Of a stretch of 64,000 nucleotides of DNA, positions 1-10,100 are shown one piece after another. Under the pieces are notes generated by a model. The model had not been told where the DNA came from. It ran no database searches and saw only the letters and a list, made by a program, of their open reading frames with translations. Where the stretch lies: assembly GCF_029250625.1 (NCBI RefSeq), contig NZ_JAQXEX010000080.1; one strand, written 5' to 3'. Numbering within the stretch: position 1 is the stretch's first letter; each line of letters starts with the position of its first letter. The position numbers were made by a program, and so were the translations under genes. Origin of the DNA: Poseidonia sp. (GTDB taxonomy: Archaea; Thermoplasmatota; Poseidoniia; Poseidoniales; Poseidoniaceae).

Positions 1-1
1 T

Positions 2-334
2 GGGTCTTCGTGGGACGAGAGTACTATCTCAGTTAATGGCAACCTTGCCACGTGGACTCCTCAAGGCCCGGGTACAGGTAGTGCTTCAACAGATGGATGG
101 TTCGGTTTGAGCGGGTCGGGGACAGATAACGCAGGTGTGCCCTATCTGGACAAATCAGAATTTTATGATGGAGAAGGCTGCTATACGTTTACTGCAGAAA
201 TTGTGAATGTCTTGGGAGACCAAGCGACATTTACTTCTGAGTACAGTTGGCAAATCAACTTAGATTCTGGGGAACGGGATAGCAATAACAACCCAACAAC
301 TCCAAAAGGATACGGCATTGGGGAAACCTGCTGA
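2..334 (+). CDS. 3' end of a secreted/surface protein gene (5' part lies upstream of the window)
   Basis: Frame 2 is open from the window edge (GSSWDESTISVNGNLATWTPQGPGTGSAS...) to the TGA at 332-334. The TTG at 107 in the ORF track is probably internal. Gly/Thr/Asn/Asp-rich like the other surface proteins here; no family recognised. Confidence 0.4.
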   Translation, partial: GSSWDESTISVNGNLATWTPQGPGTGSASTDGWFGLSGSGTDNAGVPYLDKSEFYDGEGCYTFTAEIVNVLGDQATFTSEYSWQINLDSGERDSNNNPTTPKGYGIGETC

Positions 335-390
335 ACCTGTATCAGTCTCAAATTGTGTTGTTTATACAGACTCATCACTCATGGTCCAAC

Positions 391-780
391 ATGACGGGCT
401 TTTGGGGCATTCTTGAACACGATGTTGATCAGATGGTACACCTTTACGGTGAACTTATTGACGACCTGGTAGAGAATCAAGGTTGGACCTTTGATAAAGA
501 AATTGAATGGGTCACCAATGACCCAAAAACTCAGGCACTACTCAAAGAAGCATGGGCCATTCTTGCAGACGAGATTGAGGGTGAGTATACCGATGAGCAT
601 CAAGAGGTTATCGAAGAAACACAAGTCGAGAAATGGACCCTCTCAAATGACACTCACGTCATGACCCTCTCTTACAGTAACGGCCACATTCTTAGCACCA
701 GCGTAGGTTTCCCAGAATACATTATTCAACGAATCAAGCTAGAATCCCCTTGCTACAGGGCTGATGGACCTAAAGATTAG
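391..780 (+). CDS. hypothetical small acidic cytoplasmic protein
   Basis: ORF 355..780 starts at GTG. The first ATG is at 391 (MTGFWGILEHDV...). No TM segment or recognisable motif; coding-like composition. Confidence 0.45.
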   Translation: MTGFWGILEHDVDQMVHLYGELIDDLVENQGWTFDKEIEWVTNDPKTQALLKEAWAILADEIEGEYTDEHQEVIEETQVEKWTLSNDTHVMTLSYSNGHILSTSVGFPEYIIQRIKLESPCYRADGPKD

Positions 781-800
781 GATTTGAACACCCTTTGGGC

Positions 801-2648
801 TCAAGACTCGGATTCTTCAGTCTCACTTTCATCAACCAAGTCATAAATTGAATCTTCTGACTTAGATGCCTCATCCTTAGATTCGTTCTCTGGTTCAGGT
901 TCAGAAATTCCCTCGGCCTCTTCTTCAAGTTCTTCTTCCTCTTCCACTTCCTCAGCAAGTTCAGGGATTTCCTCGTACGATTTTTCCGATGTTTGTTTAC
1001 GGACTGCGAGTGCGACCAGCATGAATGCGATGACAACTACAATGTAGATGATGTACGGAGTTTCTGAGACTTCGTCTGCATATACCCAGTTCACTTCATC
1101 CGATGATGTTCCGTTCATATCCGCAACCATGTCTCCAATTTCAGTGAACGTTACAGGGAGGAATGCTTTGCAGTTGAGTGCTTGCATTCCTTCATCATAC
1201 ATGTACCAAACAATCGGGATGTCCTTTGATTCCCCTGCTGCGACAGTTGCAATGAGTGTGGAAGGTTGAGTCTCTGCATCGTTCCCGTTCACATAGCACC
1301 GGAAGTTTGCAGTGGTGCCAACATCACCCGTGTTGCTGATGGTGACCATTGCCCCAATGCTTCGATTGACGGTTGCTGTGTTGGATTCGGGTTCAATGGA
1401 TGACACTTCGAGATAAGGCAACGGGAGTTCAATGGTACCGTATGCGGTTGTTGGAGCATCTACTGTTGTGGAGTAAGAGCCCCATGAACTGGAGGAGCCG
1501 ATGGACAATGTGATGGTCGCGCTTTCTTGTTGTACGATTCCGTTTCCATCCATCCATTCCACAATTCTCCTGTGTTCGGTAGTGGGGCCTTCTGCTACGA
1601 GAACAACTCTCCCCGTCGAATCGGTGAGGTCGTTCCAATTTGATTCCCCGTAGCCCAAATCGGTGATGTCCAGACTACCGTTGGGAATGTTGGTTTGAAT
1701 CACACGCTCCGAAAGCAGTCGTATCCAGCCGTCGGTTGAGCCCCCTGTTCCCTGTGAATTGACGTAGGTAATGGATGCACTGTCGTGGAGAATGATATCT
1801 TCGTCAGTACGTGATCCGGTGATGGCCGTGTCGGAAACCGTCACTGCAGCAGTTGTTGATGCTGAAATTGGTGCACTTCCTAACAGTGTTGAACCTTCAA
1901 TGTTGCAGAGCCCATCACAGGTGATGTTTGCTCCGTTGACTTGGCTTGCGATGATTGAGAGGCTTCCGTGGGCAACGATGTCGTATCCCGATTGGAACCA
2001 ATACATCGGAGCGTTGCTGGTGTTTGTGATCTCAGAAGCGGTTTGCGTGATGATGGTTCCACCACCGTAAATGGCCTTGGCCCACAACAAGTAAGTCGGC
2101 GTGAAATAGTATGTGTCGAATGAAATCACGAAGTTGTCACCCGAAAAGTTAGCATCAAACTCAATGATGGTGGTGCCGCTTGCTTGCATGGATGTGGATG
2201 CATTGACCGTTGTTTCTCCAAGGGTGATGTTAAAGAGCGTATTTGCTGGTATTGAATGGTCAAATTTCAACTGTATTACGCCTTCTTGGCCAATGTTTCC
2301 GAAGTTGAGGGATACGGTAGCAAGAAAGTCATTGACCCGAATTCCTGAATTGAGGTCGTCGCTTAGCAATGCTCCGTTGGTGACGATCAAATTACCGCCT
2401 TCTTCTACCGTGATGGACGAGTCAGTCCCCATGGTGATGTTGGCGCTCACCGTAAGGGTGGATCCGTTGGGAACGGTTACGTGACCGTTCATGCTCCCGT
2501 CTTCGGTCCAATTTTCATTGGTTGAACTCGTAACATCCTCGCCAGACGTCGGTGGTGCCGCAGACGTCAAGGGTACTCCCAAAAGGAGCAGCACGAGAAG
2601 GATTGCAGTGGGGCGGAATGGAGTTCGCATAATGCGTTCACGGGACAT
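801..2648 (-). CDS. type I membrane-anchored surface protein with a poly-acidic cytoplasmic tail
   Basis: ATG at 2648. N-terminal signal peptide (RPTAILLVLLLLGVPLTSAAPP), an Asn/Thr/Ser-rich ectodomain with many N-X-S/T sequons, a C-proximal TM (PYIIYIVVVIAFMLVALAV) and a 66-aa Glu/Asp/Ser tail. Confidence 0.75.
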   Translation of the reverse strand: MSRERIMRTPFRPTAILLVLLLLGVPLTSAAPPTSGEDVTSSTNENWTEDGSMNGHVTVPNGSTLTVSANITMGTDSSITVEEGGNLIVTNGALLSDDLNSGIRVNDFLATVSLNFGNIGQEGVIQLKFDHSIPANTLFNITLGETTVNASTSMQASGTTIIEFDANFSGDNFVISFDTYYFTPTYLLWAKAIYGGGTIITQTASEITNTSNAPMYWFQSGYDIVAHGSLSIIASQVNGANITCDGLCNIEGSTLLGSAPISASTTAAVTVSDTAITGSRTDEDIILHDSASITYVNSQGTGGSTDGWIRLLSERVIQTNIPNGSLDITDLGYGESNWNDLTDSTGRVVLVAEGPTTEHRRIVEWMDGNGIVQQESATITLSIGSSSSWGSYSTTVDAPTTAYGTIELPLPYLEVSSIEPESNTATVNRSIGAMVTISNTGDVGTTANFRCYVNGNDAETQPSTLIATVAAGESKDIPIVWYMYDEGMQALNCKAFLPVTFTEIGDMVADMNGTSSDEVNWVYADEVSETPYIIYIVVVIAFMLVALAVRKQTSEKSYEEIPELAEEVEEEEELEEEAEGISEPEPENESKDEASKSEDSIYDLVDESETEESES

Positions 2649-2738
2649 GAGTGAATAATACTTCGGCTTTGTTGGAGATTCTCCAAGGATATGTCTGCCG
2701 CGAAGAACTTATGCGTCGGCTTCCAACCAGTAAGAACA

Positions 2739-4022
2739 ATGGATGGAGCAACTGTTGTCGTTATTGGCAGTGGCGGGCGTGAGCATGCTCTGTGCTTGGC
2801 GTTGAGTCAATCGGCTCATGTTGCGTCAATCCATTGTCTTCCAGGGAACGCAGGGACCTCGCTTGTGGCTACAAACCATCAATTGGAAGACACTTCAACT
2901 TCAGGAGTGGTGTCGTACTGCTCATCGATTGGTGCATCATTGGTCGTCGTAGGTCCTGAAGCACCGTTGTGCGATGGCCTAGCAGACTTGTGCGCTGATG
3001 CAGGACTTGCCTGTTTTGGCCCAGTGGCGGCGTTGGCTCACCTTGAAGGGTCAAAGCTGCATGCAAAATTGGCCATGAAAGAAGCTGGAGTGCCAACGGC
3101 GGACTACGTTGAATTGAATGCTGAATCCGATGTAGAGGCTGCACTGGACCGGTACGGTTCCGACCCTTGGGTCATCAAAAGAGACGTTTTGGCCGGAGGG
3201 AAAGGTGTGGTTGTAACGTCCGACAGAGACGAAGCCCGTCAGTTCATTTCAGCCTCGATTGAAACGGATGGTCTGGTTCTTCTCGAAGCCTTCCTCCCCG
3301 GGGAAGAGGCGAGTATGTTGGTGGTCATGGATGGCGTTTCTTTTGTCACATTACCTGCAAGTCAAGATCACAAAAGAGCATTTGATGGTGATTTGGGGCC
3401 CAATACGGGCGGTATGGGCGCTTACTGTCCCGCTCCCGTCGTAACCTCGGGTGTTTACGATAAGGTCCTTGACCGAATTGTCAAGCCAATGCATGAGCAC
3501 CTCTCCAACAAATCAACGCCATATCGTGGAGTGTTGTTCATCGGACTTATGATTGACGAGCACAATGACCCTTATGTTGTTGAGTTCAATGTTCGTTTTG
3601 GAGACCCAGAATGCCAGGTAACTCTGCCGCTTGTTTCCAGCGATGTCTTCGATTTGTTGTACGGGGCGGCTACTGACACCCTGGACCCATCACTGGTGAC
3701 TTTTGATTCATCATCTGCTCTCACCGTAGTTTTGGCTTCAGAAGGTTACCCTGCCCGTCCGATCAAAGGAAGAATCATCCAAGGTCTTGAGGATGCATTG
3801 AATCAACAATCGTACCGGAAAAGTTGGGTGAATGTTGCCGGTGTTGTTGAAGGGGACATGGGGACATTAATTTCAAGCGGGGGTCGTGTGGTTTCTTGTA
3901 CCGCAATGGCGGCCTCTCTCGAGGATGCTCAAGCGTCGGCGTACAAATTACTCAACAGCCTTGAACTGAAAGGCAGTCACTTCCGAACGGACATTGGTTT
4001 CCGAGCCATCTCCGGCGAATAA
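2739..4022 (+). CDS. purD: phosphoribosylamine--glycine ligase (GAR synthetase)
   Basis: MDGATVVVIGSGGREHAL start typical of PurD. ATP-grasp body (VIKRDVLAGGKGVVV, PNTGGMGAYCPAP, EFNVRFGDPE). The ATG at 2739 is preferred over the 2691 start in the track. Confidence 0.93.
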   Translation: MDGATVVVIGSGGREHALCLALSQSAHVASIHCLPGNAGTSLVATNHQLEDTSTSGVVSYCSSIGASLVVVGPEAPLCDGLADLCADAGLACFGPVAALAHLEGSKLHAKLAMKEAGVPTADYVELNAESDVEAALDRYGSDPWVIKRDVLAGGKGVVVTSDRDEARQFISASIETDGLVLLEAFLPGEEASMLVVMDGVSFVTLPASQDHKRAFDGDLGPNTGGMGAYCPAPVVTSGVYDKVLDRIVKPMHEHLSNKSTPYRGVLFIGLMIDEHNDPYVVEFNVRFGDPECQVTLPLVSSDVFDLLYGAATDTLDPSLVTFDSSSALTVVLASEGYPARPIKGRIIQGLEDALNQQSYRKSWVNVAGVVEGDMGTLISSGGRVVSCTAMAASLEDAQASAYKLLNSLELKGSHFRTDIGFRAISGE

Positions 4023-4135
4023 TTTCATCACTGCATCAAAGCCATGAAATACGGGTAAAAAGGGTACTGATACGCATAAGGGACTGTATCTAAACCCGTC
4101 ACCTTCAAGAGGGGTTCACAAGTGGGCAAAATGCA

Positions 4136-4151
4136 TCAGCCTCGAGGCTGA
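4136..4151. promoter_or_regulatory. 16-nt perfect palindrome TCAGCCTCGAGGCTGA 23 nt upstream of the aglB-fusion ATG
   Basis: Read directly and self-complementary over all 16 nt. Could be an operator or a 5'-UTR hairpin; function unknown. Confidence 0.2.
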
Positions 4152-4173
4152 GCCTTGAATAGAGGGATACAAG

Positions 4174-7100
4174 ATGAATGATGAAAAAGATATGAAGGCA
4201 GCACAGCCTAATATTGCCTTGGGTTGGCTCTTTGCCCCATTGGCTGTATTGCTGGCTCTTGCTGCTATGAAAATCGTGGGAATTTCCTACGAAATGGACG
4301 TAAATAACCTGATGCCGATGATTGTCGTCGCCATCGCAGGCATGTTGGCCATTGTGCCTCGTGCAATTCTCGTTCCACGTGGAATTTCATCTTCGCTTCT
4401 CTCCCTCGGAGTGTTGGTGGTATCCTTCGTCGGCGCAGAAGTGCTTTACATGTTCACTGAAGTTGGCGCATTAGCCGCTTTCATGTTCGCATTCGTTCTA
4501 TTGTTTGGGGCCAACCTCGACATGCGTGGACGCCATGAATGGAACACCATGCTCATGTTTTCTTCGATCGGTGTTTGGCTTGCTCTGGCAGCCGCTGGTG
4601 ACTATCTTTCCGGACTTGAGACCACATTCACCAATGCAGAAGGACAGGTGCAGTCAACGCTTAGCGTCGGCCGTCAAGCAACAGCCTACGTTTTCTTCGC
4701 ATACTGGACCATGTTCACTGCTCTTGGATTGCTTGTTGGTTTGATTGCACGAGGTATTGCAAACCCAGCAGGACAGGAAGGATGGTTTTCCTTTGTCAGC
4801 GAAAAAGGCGGATGGAACGCATCCTCTGCTCCGCTGATTTCCGCTCTTGCCGTTTGGGTCCTTGCTTTCGCAGGTTCTCTTTGGCACTTCAACTCGGTTG
4901 ACCTTATTGACCAGTTCCGCCTTACAACCGAAGAAGGCTACCATGGCTATGTTGGCTATTGGGCAGCATTCCTTACCGGTATTGTCGCTTTGATGGTGGC
5001 TGGAATGGTCGCTGAGCGATGGTTTACACGAGCAATGCTCACCGGGTCAATGTGGACTCTTTACCAGGTTTCCTCATGGTACGAAGACAAGATTTGGTAC
5101 ACCGAGAACCTCGCAGGCACTTGGGGTGCGCTGCTTTGGCTTGGAATCACGTTCTTTATCTGTGTCGCAATTTACTACATCTCGATTCACGAAAAATTCG
5201 GAGGATGGGCCAACCGTGGGGAACACGAACCGTCCAATGCTCGTCTTTTCATGAGCGAACACGGTACTGGATTGATGATTGCTCTTGCCTTTATCATCGG
5301 GCTCACCATTCGTATCCAATGGTATGTTGTCCCCTCCATGAACGCCTTTGGAACCGGTAACTGGGACATGACCGGAGGTTCTGACCCTTGGTACATGAAG
5401 CGTGTTGTGGATTACATCCTAGCCAACAACGCTCACCTCGTTTTCGATGCCGACCGTTTCTACCCCGCCGGTGGAATCAATCCTCGTCCACCGCTCTTCT
5501 CGTGGTCAATGGCTGTTGGAGCAATGCTCCTCGAGCCCTTCCTTGAGAACCCTGAAGATGCAATCTGGTGGAGCATGCTCGGACTTCCTGCAGTTTACGG
5601 AGCCCTGACCATTCTACCCATTGCAGCAACAGCACGGGACCACTTCGGTAAAGGGGCCGCAGTCATCGCAGCGTGGCTCATCGCCTTCATGCCGGCTCAC
5701 GTCACACACTCAACTTGGGCTCTTGCGGACCACGACTCATTCGTTATGCTCTTCATCAGCGTCGGTTTCATGTATTGGCTACGAGCGGTCAAATACGCCG
5801 GAACAGCTCGAATTACAAAAGAAACCTCGGCACACCCGTTGTCCTTTATTCGTGCGTTCCGAGATGTTTTTACTCACCGCCAAGGTGCAATGTCAAATGC
5901 TATTCTCGCAGGTGTTGCCTTTGGTATTGCATCTCTTGGATGGAAAGGGTTCGTCGTTGGACCAGCGATTCTCTTCCTTGCTTATGCGTTGCAAGTTGCA
6001 TTGAACATGTTCCGTCGCCGAGATTCGACTGCATTGAGCGTCATGTTCCTGACCATGCTTTCTGTTATTGCCCTGATGGCTCTACCGTTCTACGGACACC
6101 CACAATTCTCGCTTGTGTTTGATCCAACTGGATTGCAACCCTTCTTGTTCATCTTCGGGTTCACCCTCGCCATTGCGTTTGTCACTACAGGTTACCGTGA
6201 CAAGCCTTGGTTGCTCGTTCTGGGAACCCTCGCAGGCATGGCCACGGCCTTCTTCGTAGTGCTGTTCATCCTCAAGACCTTTGGAATTTCAGACGCATGG
6301 GACGTTCTCTTTACAGGAAGCGGATACTTCACAAAGACCAAGATTTTCGGAACCATTGCCGAAGCAAACGCCCCGAATCGAGCGCAACTCTTTGCCTCCT
6401 TTGGACCGATTACCTTCCTGCTTGCCCTCGTTATGGGCGGCACGTTCCTTTGGAGGGGCCTCCGCCACCGACGCTCAACTGACCTTGTCTTCGGAGTTTG
6501 GCTCTTTGCGGCCACTTTCATGGCTTGGAACGCTGCTCGTTTCATGTTCAACGCTACACCCATTATGGCCATTCTCGGAGCCTGCGGTATCGCATCACTC
6601 TGGAAGTGGGCTAACTGGAGTGGACTCGTCCGCTCTTGGAAGAAATTCGGAATTCGAACACCTGCTGATCGTATTGCAGGAGCTCGCAAAGCAGTTTGGA
6701 GAACGCCCCAATTCTCAGCCATCTTCCTCGTGATGTTGATGCTCTTCAGTCAGCAGATAACATACGGACTTGACTCTGCAATCCCTGGTTCCTCTTCAAG
6801 TGCAGAAGGCGACCTCGACGAACGAATTTATGATATCGTGCCCGACATTCTTCGTTTCGACGGGCTCGGGTTCTCCATCCTTGACAGCACAAGCCACGAT
6901 GGACGCTGGTACTTGGGTAACTTTGGTTCCAGTTTCAATGACGACGGCTGGAACAGAGCATATGAGTGGCTCGCCGGACAGGATACAAACGTTACCTATT
7001 CAGAGCGCCCAGCATTTGTATCATGGTGGGACTACGGTTTCCAAGCACTCACTGCAGGCGAACATCCCTCTGTTTCTGACAACTTCCAATCCGGTATCAC

Positions 7101-10100
7101 TGCAACGGGTAACATGTTGCTTGCCCGTAATCAAGATGACCTAACGGCAATGTTCGTCTGGCATCTTTCAGAAGCAGACCGAACCTATGCTTCAGCCTCC
7201 ACGACCGAATCCGGTCCGTTCACAGTTGGATTCCAAAATGTGTTGGATGATTACCTCACAGAAGAACAAATCGAGGATTTTACAACCATGCAAACAAGTA
7301 CTGAGAGTATGATTGACTTCATTCAAGACCGCTCCTTTAGCGTGATCAAGACCAACCGAGGCATTGTGATGGCCGAAGGTTACCACCATGATGGTGGGAT
7401 CTTTGACACCTCTACCCCGGTCATTCGTTTGTACAGTGATGGCGTCCAGATTCCATGCGAATCAACCATTGCCGATGTTTGCATCGGCGACGATTGGGAT
7501 AAAGAGAACCACATGAGTGCTGCGGAAAGTGAATTCCAAAACAGTATTCGAAGCGGTGAAGACACCGTTGTGGATTCAACTCACACAATCTTTGGCGATT
7601 ACTGGTACACAGAGGATTTGATCGATGAACATGAAAGTGTTTCAACCGCCATGCACCGGCAGAATGCCCGTCTCGCAATGGTAACTCAACTTCTCACAGC
7701 GGCTTTCGCAGCAAACGATGACGCAACCGTACATGACATGTACGCTGACATCATTGACCTTGGTGGAGATGAAGGTTACTACACTGTACAGGATTACAAC
7801 GGTGCCCCCGGCGAAACAATCACCCGTGACCACGAGATTCGTTACTTTGCAGTGGACAACCGCCTCTACCCCCGAGCAGGTCGCTATACCGCTGACTACA
7901 ACTACAACGGCGGTCAACCAATGGGTATTTTCGGAGCACCAACGATCCTCTCAGGACAAGATACTGGCACCTACATGAATGAAGTGTACGAGACCATCCG
8001 TGGAGATTTCAGCGATGAAATGACACGAGAGGAAGTTGACCTCGCCATGCAAAAGGATTTCTTGAACCAACAATCTGGTGCAGACATTGAACCGCTGCAG
8101 ATTGAGGATGTCCGAGTTGACCACATGCCTGCTTTCTTTGACACCATGGTCGCACGAACCTACGTTGGTTACGGCGCCTCAACCTTGGGACTTGATACCG
8201 CTTCGTCAAATCCACAACCGTCTCAACACTTTATGGTTTCAGGAACTCCAGGTAGCGTTCTATCTTCGGCTCTACCGCTCCCCGGTGCAATGATGAATCA
8301 TTATGTTATTGCGAACTGGTACGATGATGAAAGCGAAGCTGGAATCACCGATTCCAACACCAAGGTTAAGATTCTCAAATACTACCCTGGAAGCGAAATC
8401 ACTGGTCAAGTGACCATGAGCGATACAGGTGAAGGAATCCCTGGAATCCGCCTCCTTGTTGAGCGTGACGCTTTCTCCGGTGAAGGCTCTGAAGATTTGG
8501 ACACCGATACCTATTGGGTGCCTATTGGATTTGTTGATGCAGATGAAAACGGTAACTACGAGTATACCGTTCCAGCCGGTCGAATCCGTGTCTCCGCATT
8601 TGCAGGAGAATACGACCCAGTGGCAGCACGTGACTCAATCCGAGACGGTTCTTACGCACAAGTTAACAACAACAATTTGGACATCACCAGCGAAACCAAC
8701 GGTGAACGAGACGTTTACGCCATCACTGCGCTTCTTGGTCAAGTTGCTAACATGACCTGGCTTGGCGATTCAGTCATGAACGTCACAGCTGCAATGGCCA
8801 ACCGACAAGTTCCTGCTGATGCACCCCTTGATGTTGCGATCAAGAGCAGCGGTGTTTCTGGAACAGTGAGTTGGACGGGAGACGAAGCTTTCAGCGGAGA
8901 CCCAGTGTCCGAAACAACCTTTGTCCTGCGAAACATTTGGTCAATGACTGACGATTACACTGTCACGACTACAAGCGGTTCAATCACAAGCGAAGAAAGC
9001 CGTATACTCCAAGGAACTGGTGAAGCCACCTTTACCGAAAACGGAACATTCCAAAGTACGGGTATGGCTGTTGCTAAGAACTTCATTGGTACCTTTACTC
9101 GAGAACTGGGTGACAGCCGTATGTTCTTTGCCAACGGTACATGGGACGGTGCTGGTACAATCAAGGCTACATGGATTGAATCTGTGAACTCGACTGATTG
9201 TGAATTTGACAACGATTCAATGCCGATTATGCCTGACAATTACACGGTTTGTGCCATCGGCATTGAAGACGGACTTACGAACTATCGTATTGAGGGTGTA
9301 GTCAATGCATCTGGAACCTTTACTTCGGATGGAGTCACAACCCTGACTCGAACCTATGGTGATTACGACTCCGGCAGCGGTGATACCTTCGAAGGTGCTG
9401 GATTCTACGAAGGAATCGGTACACTAAACGGTACTGGATTGTTCATCGGAGCAGGTTCCTTCTCAGGGCCAATGGTGGAACCAGGTTCGTTCTACAGAAC
9501 CGGTCTCTTGCCCGGCACATACAACATGGTAGCCATGCTTGAAAACAACAAATCCGTTCTTTTGCCTGACCCGGTTGTCATTGGAGTCGCTCCGACCTAC
9601 GACCTTCAGATGACCATGCCTGGAGCCATCTTTGACGGTGTGCTTCAAGACATGACCGGAGAACTCCTACCCAACCTCACCATTGAATTTGTTGATGTTG
9701 ACCTTGGAGAAGATTACATCACTGAAATCAGCACCGATGAGAACGCAAGTTTCAGTCATGGCCCCATTCCTAAGGGTGATTACTACTACCGCGTCGACGT
9801 TGACAACGACGGATGGTATGATTTGAACGAAACAGCAACCGTCGGTGATGATACAACCAACATCACGATTGCATTCGGTGTCCCAGAGACCGTTGACGTT
9901 ACGCTTCACCTCGTATCTCCAATCGACCCAACTACCCAGGAGCCTCTCTTCAACGTCTCAAACCGTTTGATTACCTTTGACAACATTGCAGGAATTCTTG
10001 ACCCTGTTAACGTCACTTCTGACGAAGACGGTCGTGTTTATGCCGAATTGTTGTTTGGAACTTACGATATTCGAGACGATGTGAACAGCGACTATGTCCT

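Noticed and set aside
2691-2738. Upstream starts given in the ORF track for purD (2691) and similarly for other genes (13810, 15205, 19712, 32890, 38651, 39784, 41481, 42643, 43651, 50295, 50823, 58292)
   Set aside because: Several of these codons are TTG or GTG (e.g. 13810, 19712, 32890, 42643). The extra residues precede the recognisable family N-terminus or signal peptide, or overlap a neighbouring gene. In-frame ATGs downstream give canonical N-termini.
4505-7144. Nested ORFs inside the aglB fusion (e.g. 176 aa at 6192-6722 minus, 150 aa at 6281-6733, 149 aa at 5673-6122, 127 aa at 5621-6004)
   Set aside because: They overlap the TM-rich STT3 region, which has strong motif support in its own frame. 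Their products are Arg/Ser/Pro-rich nonsense typical of off-frame reading.
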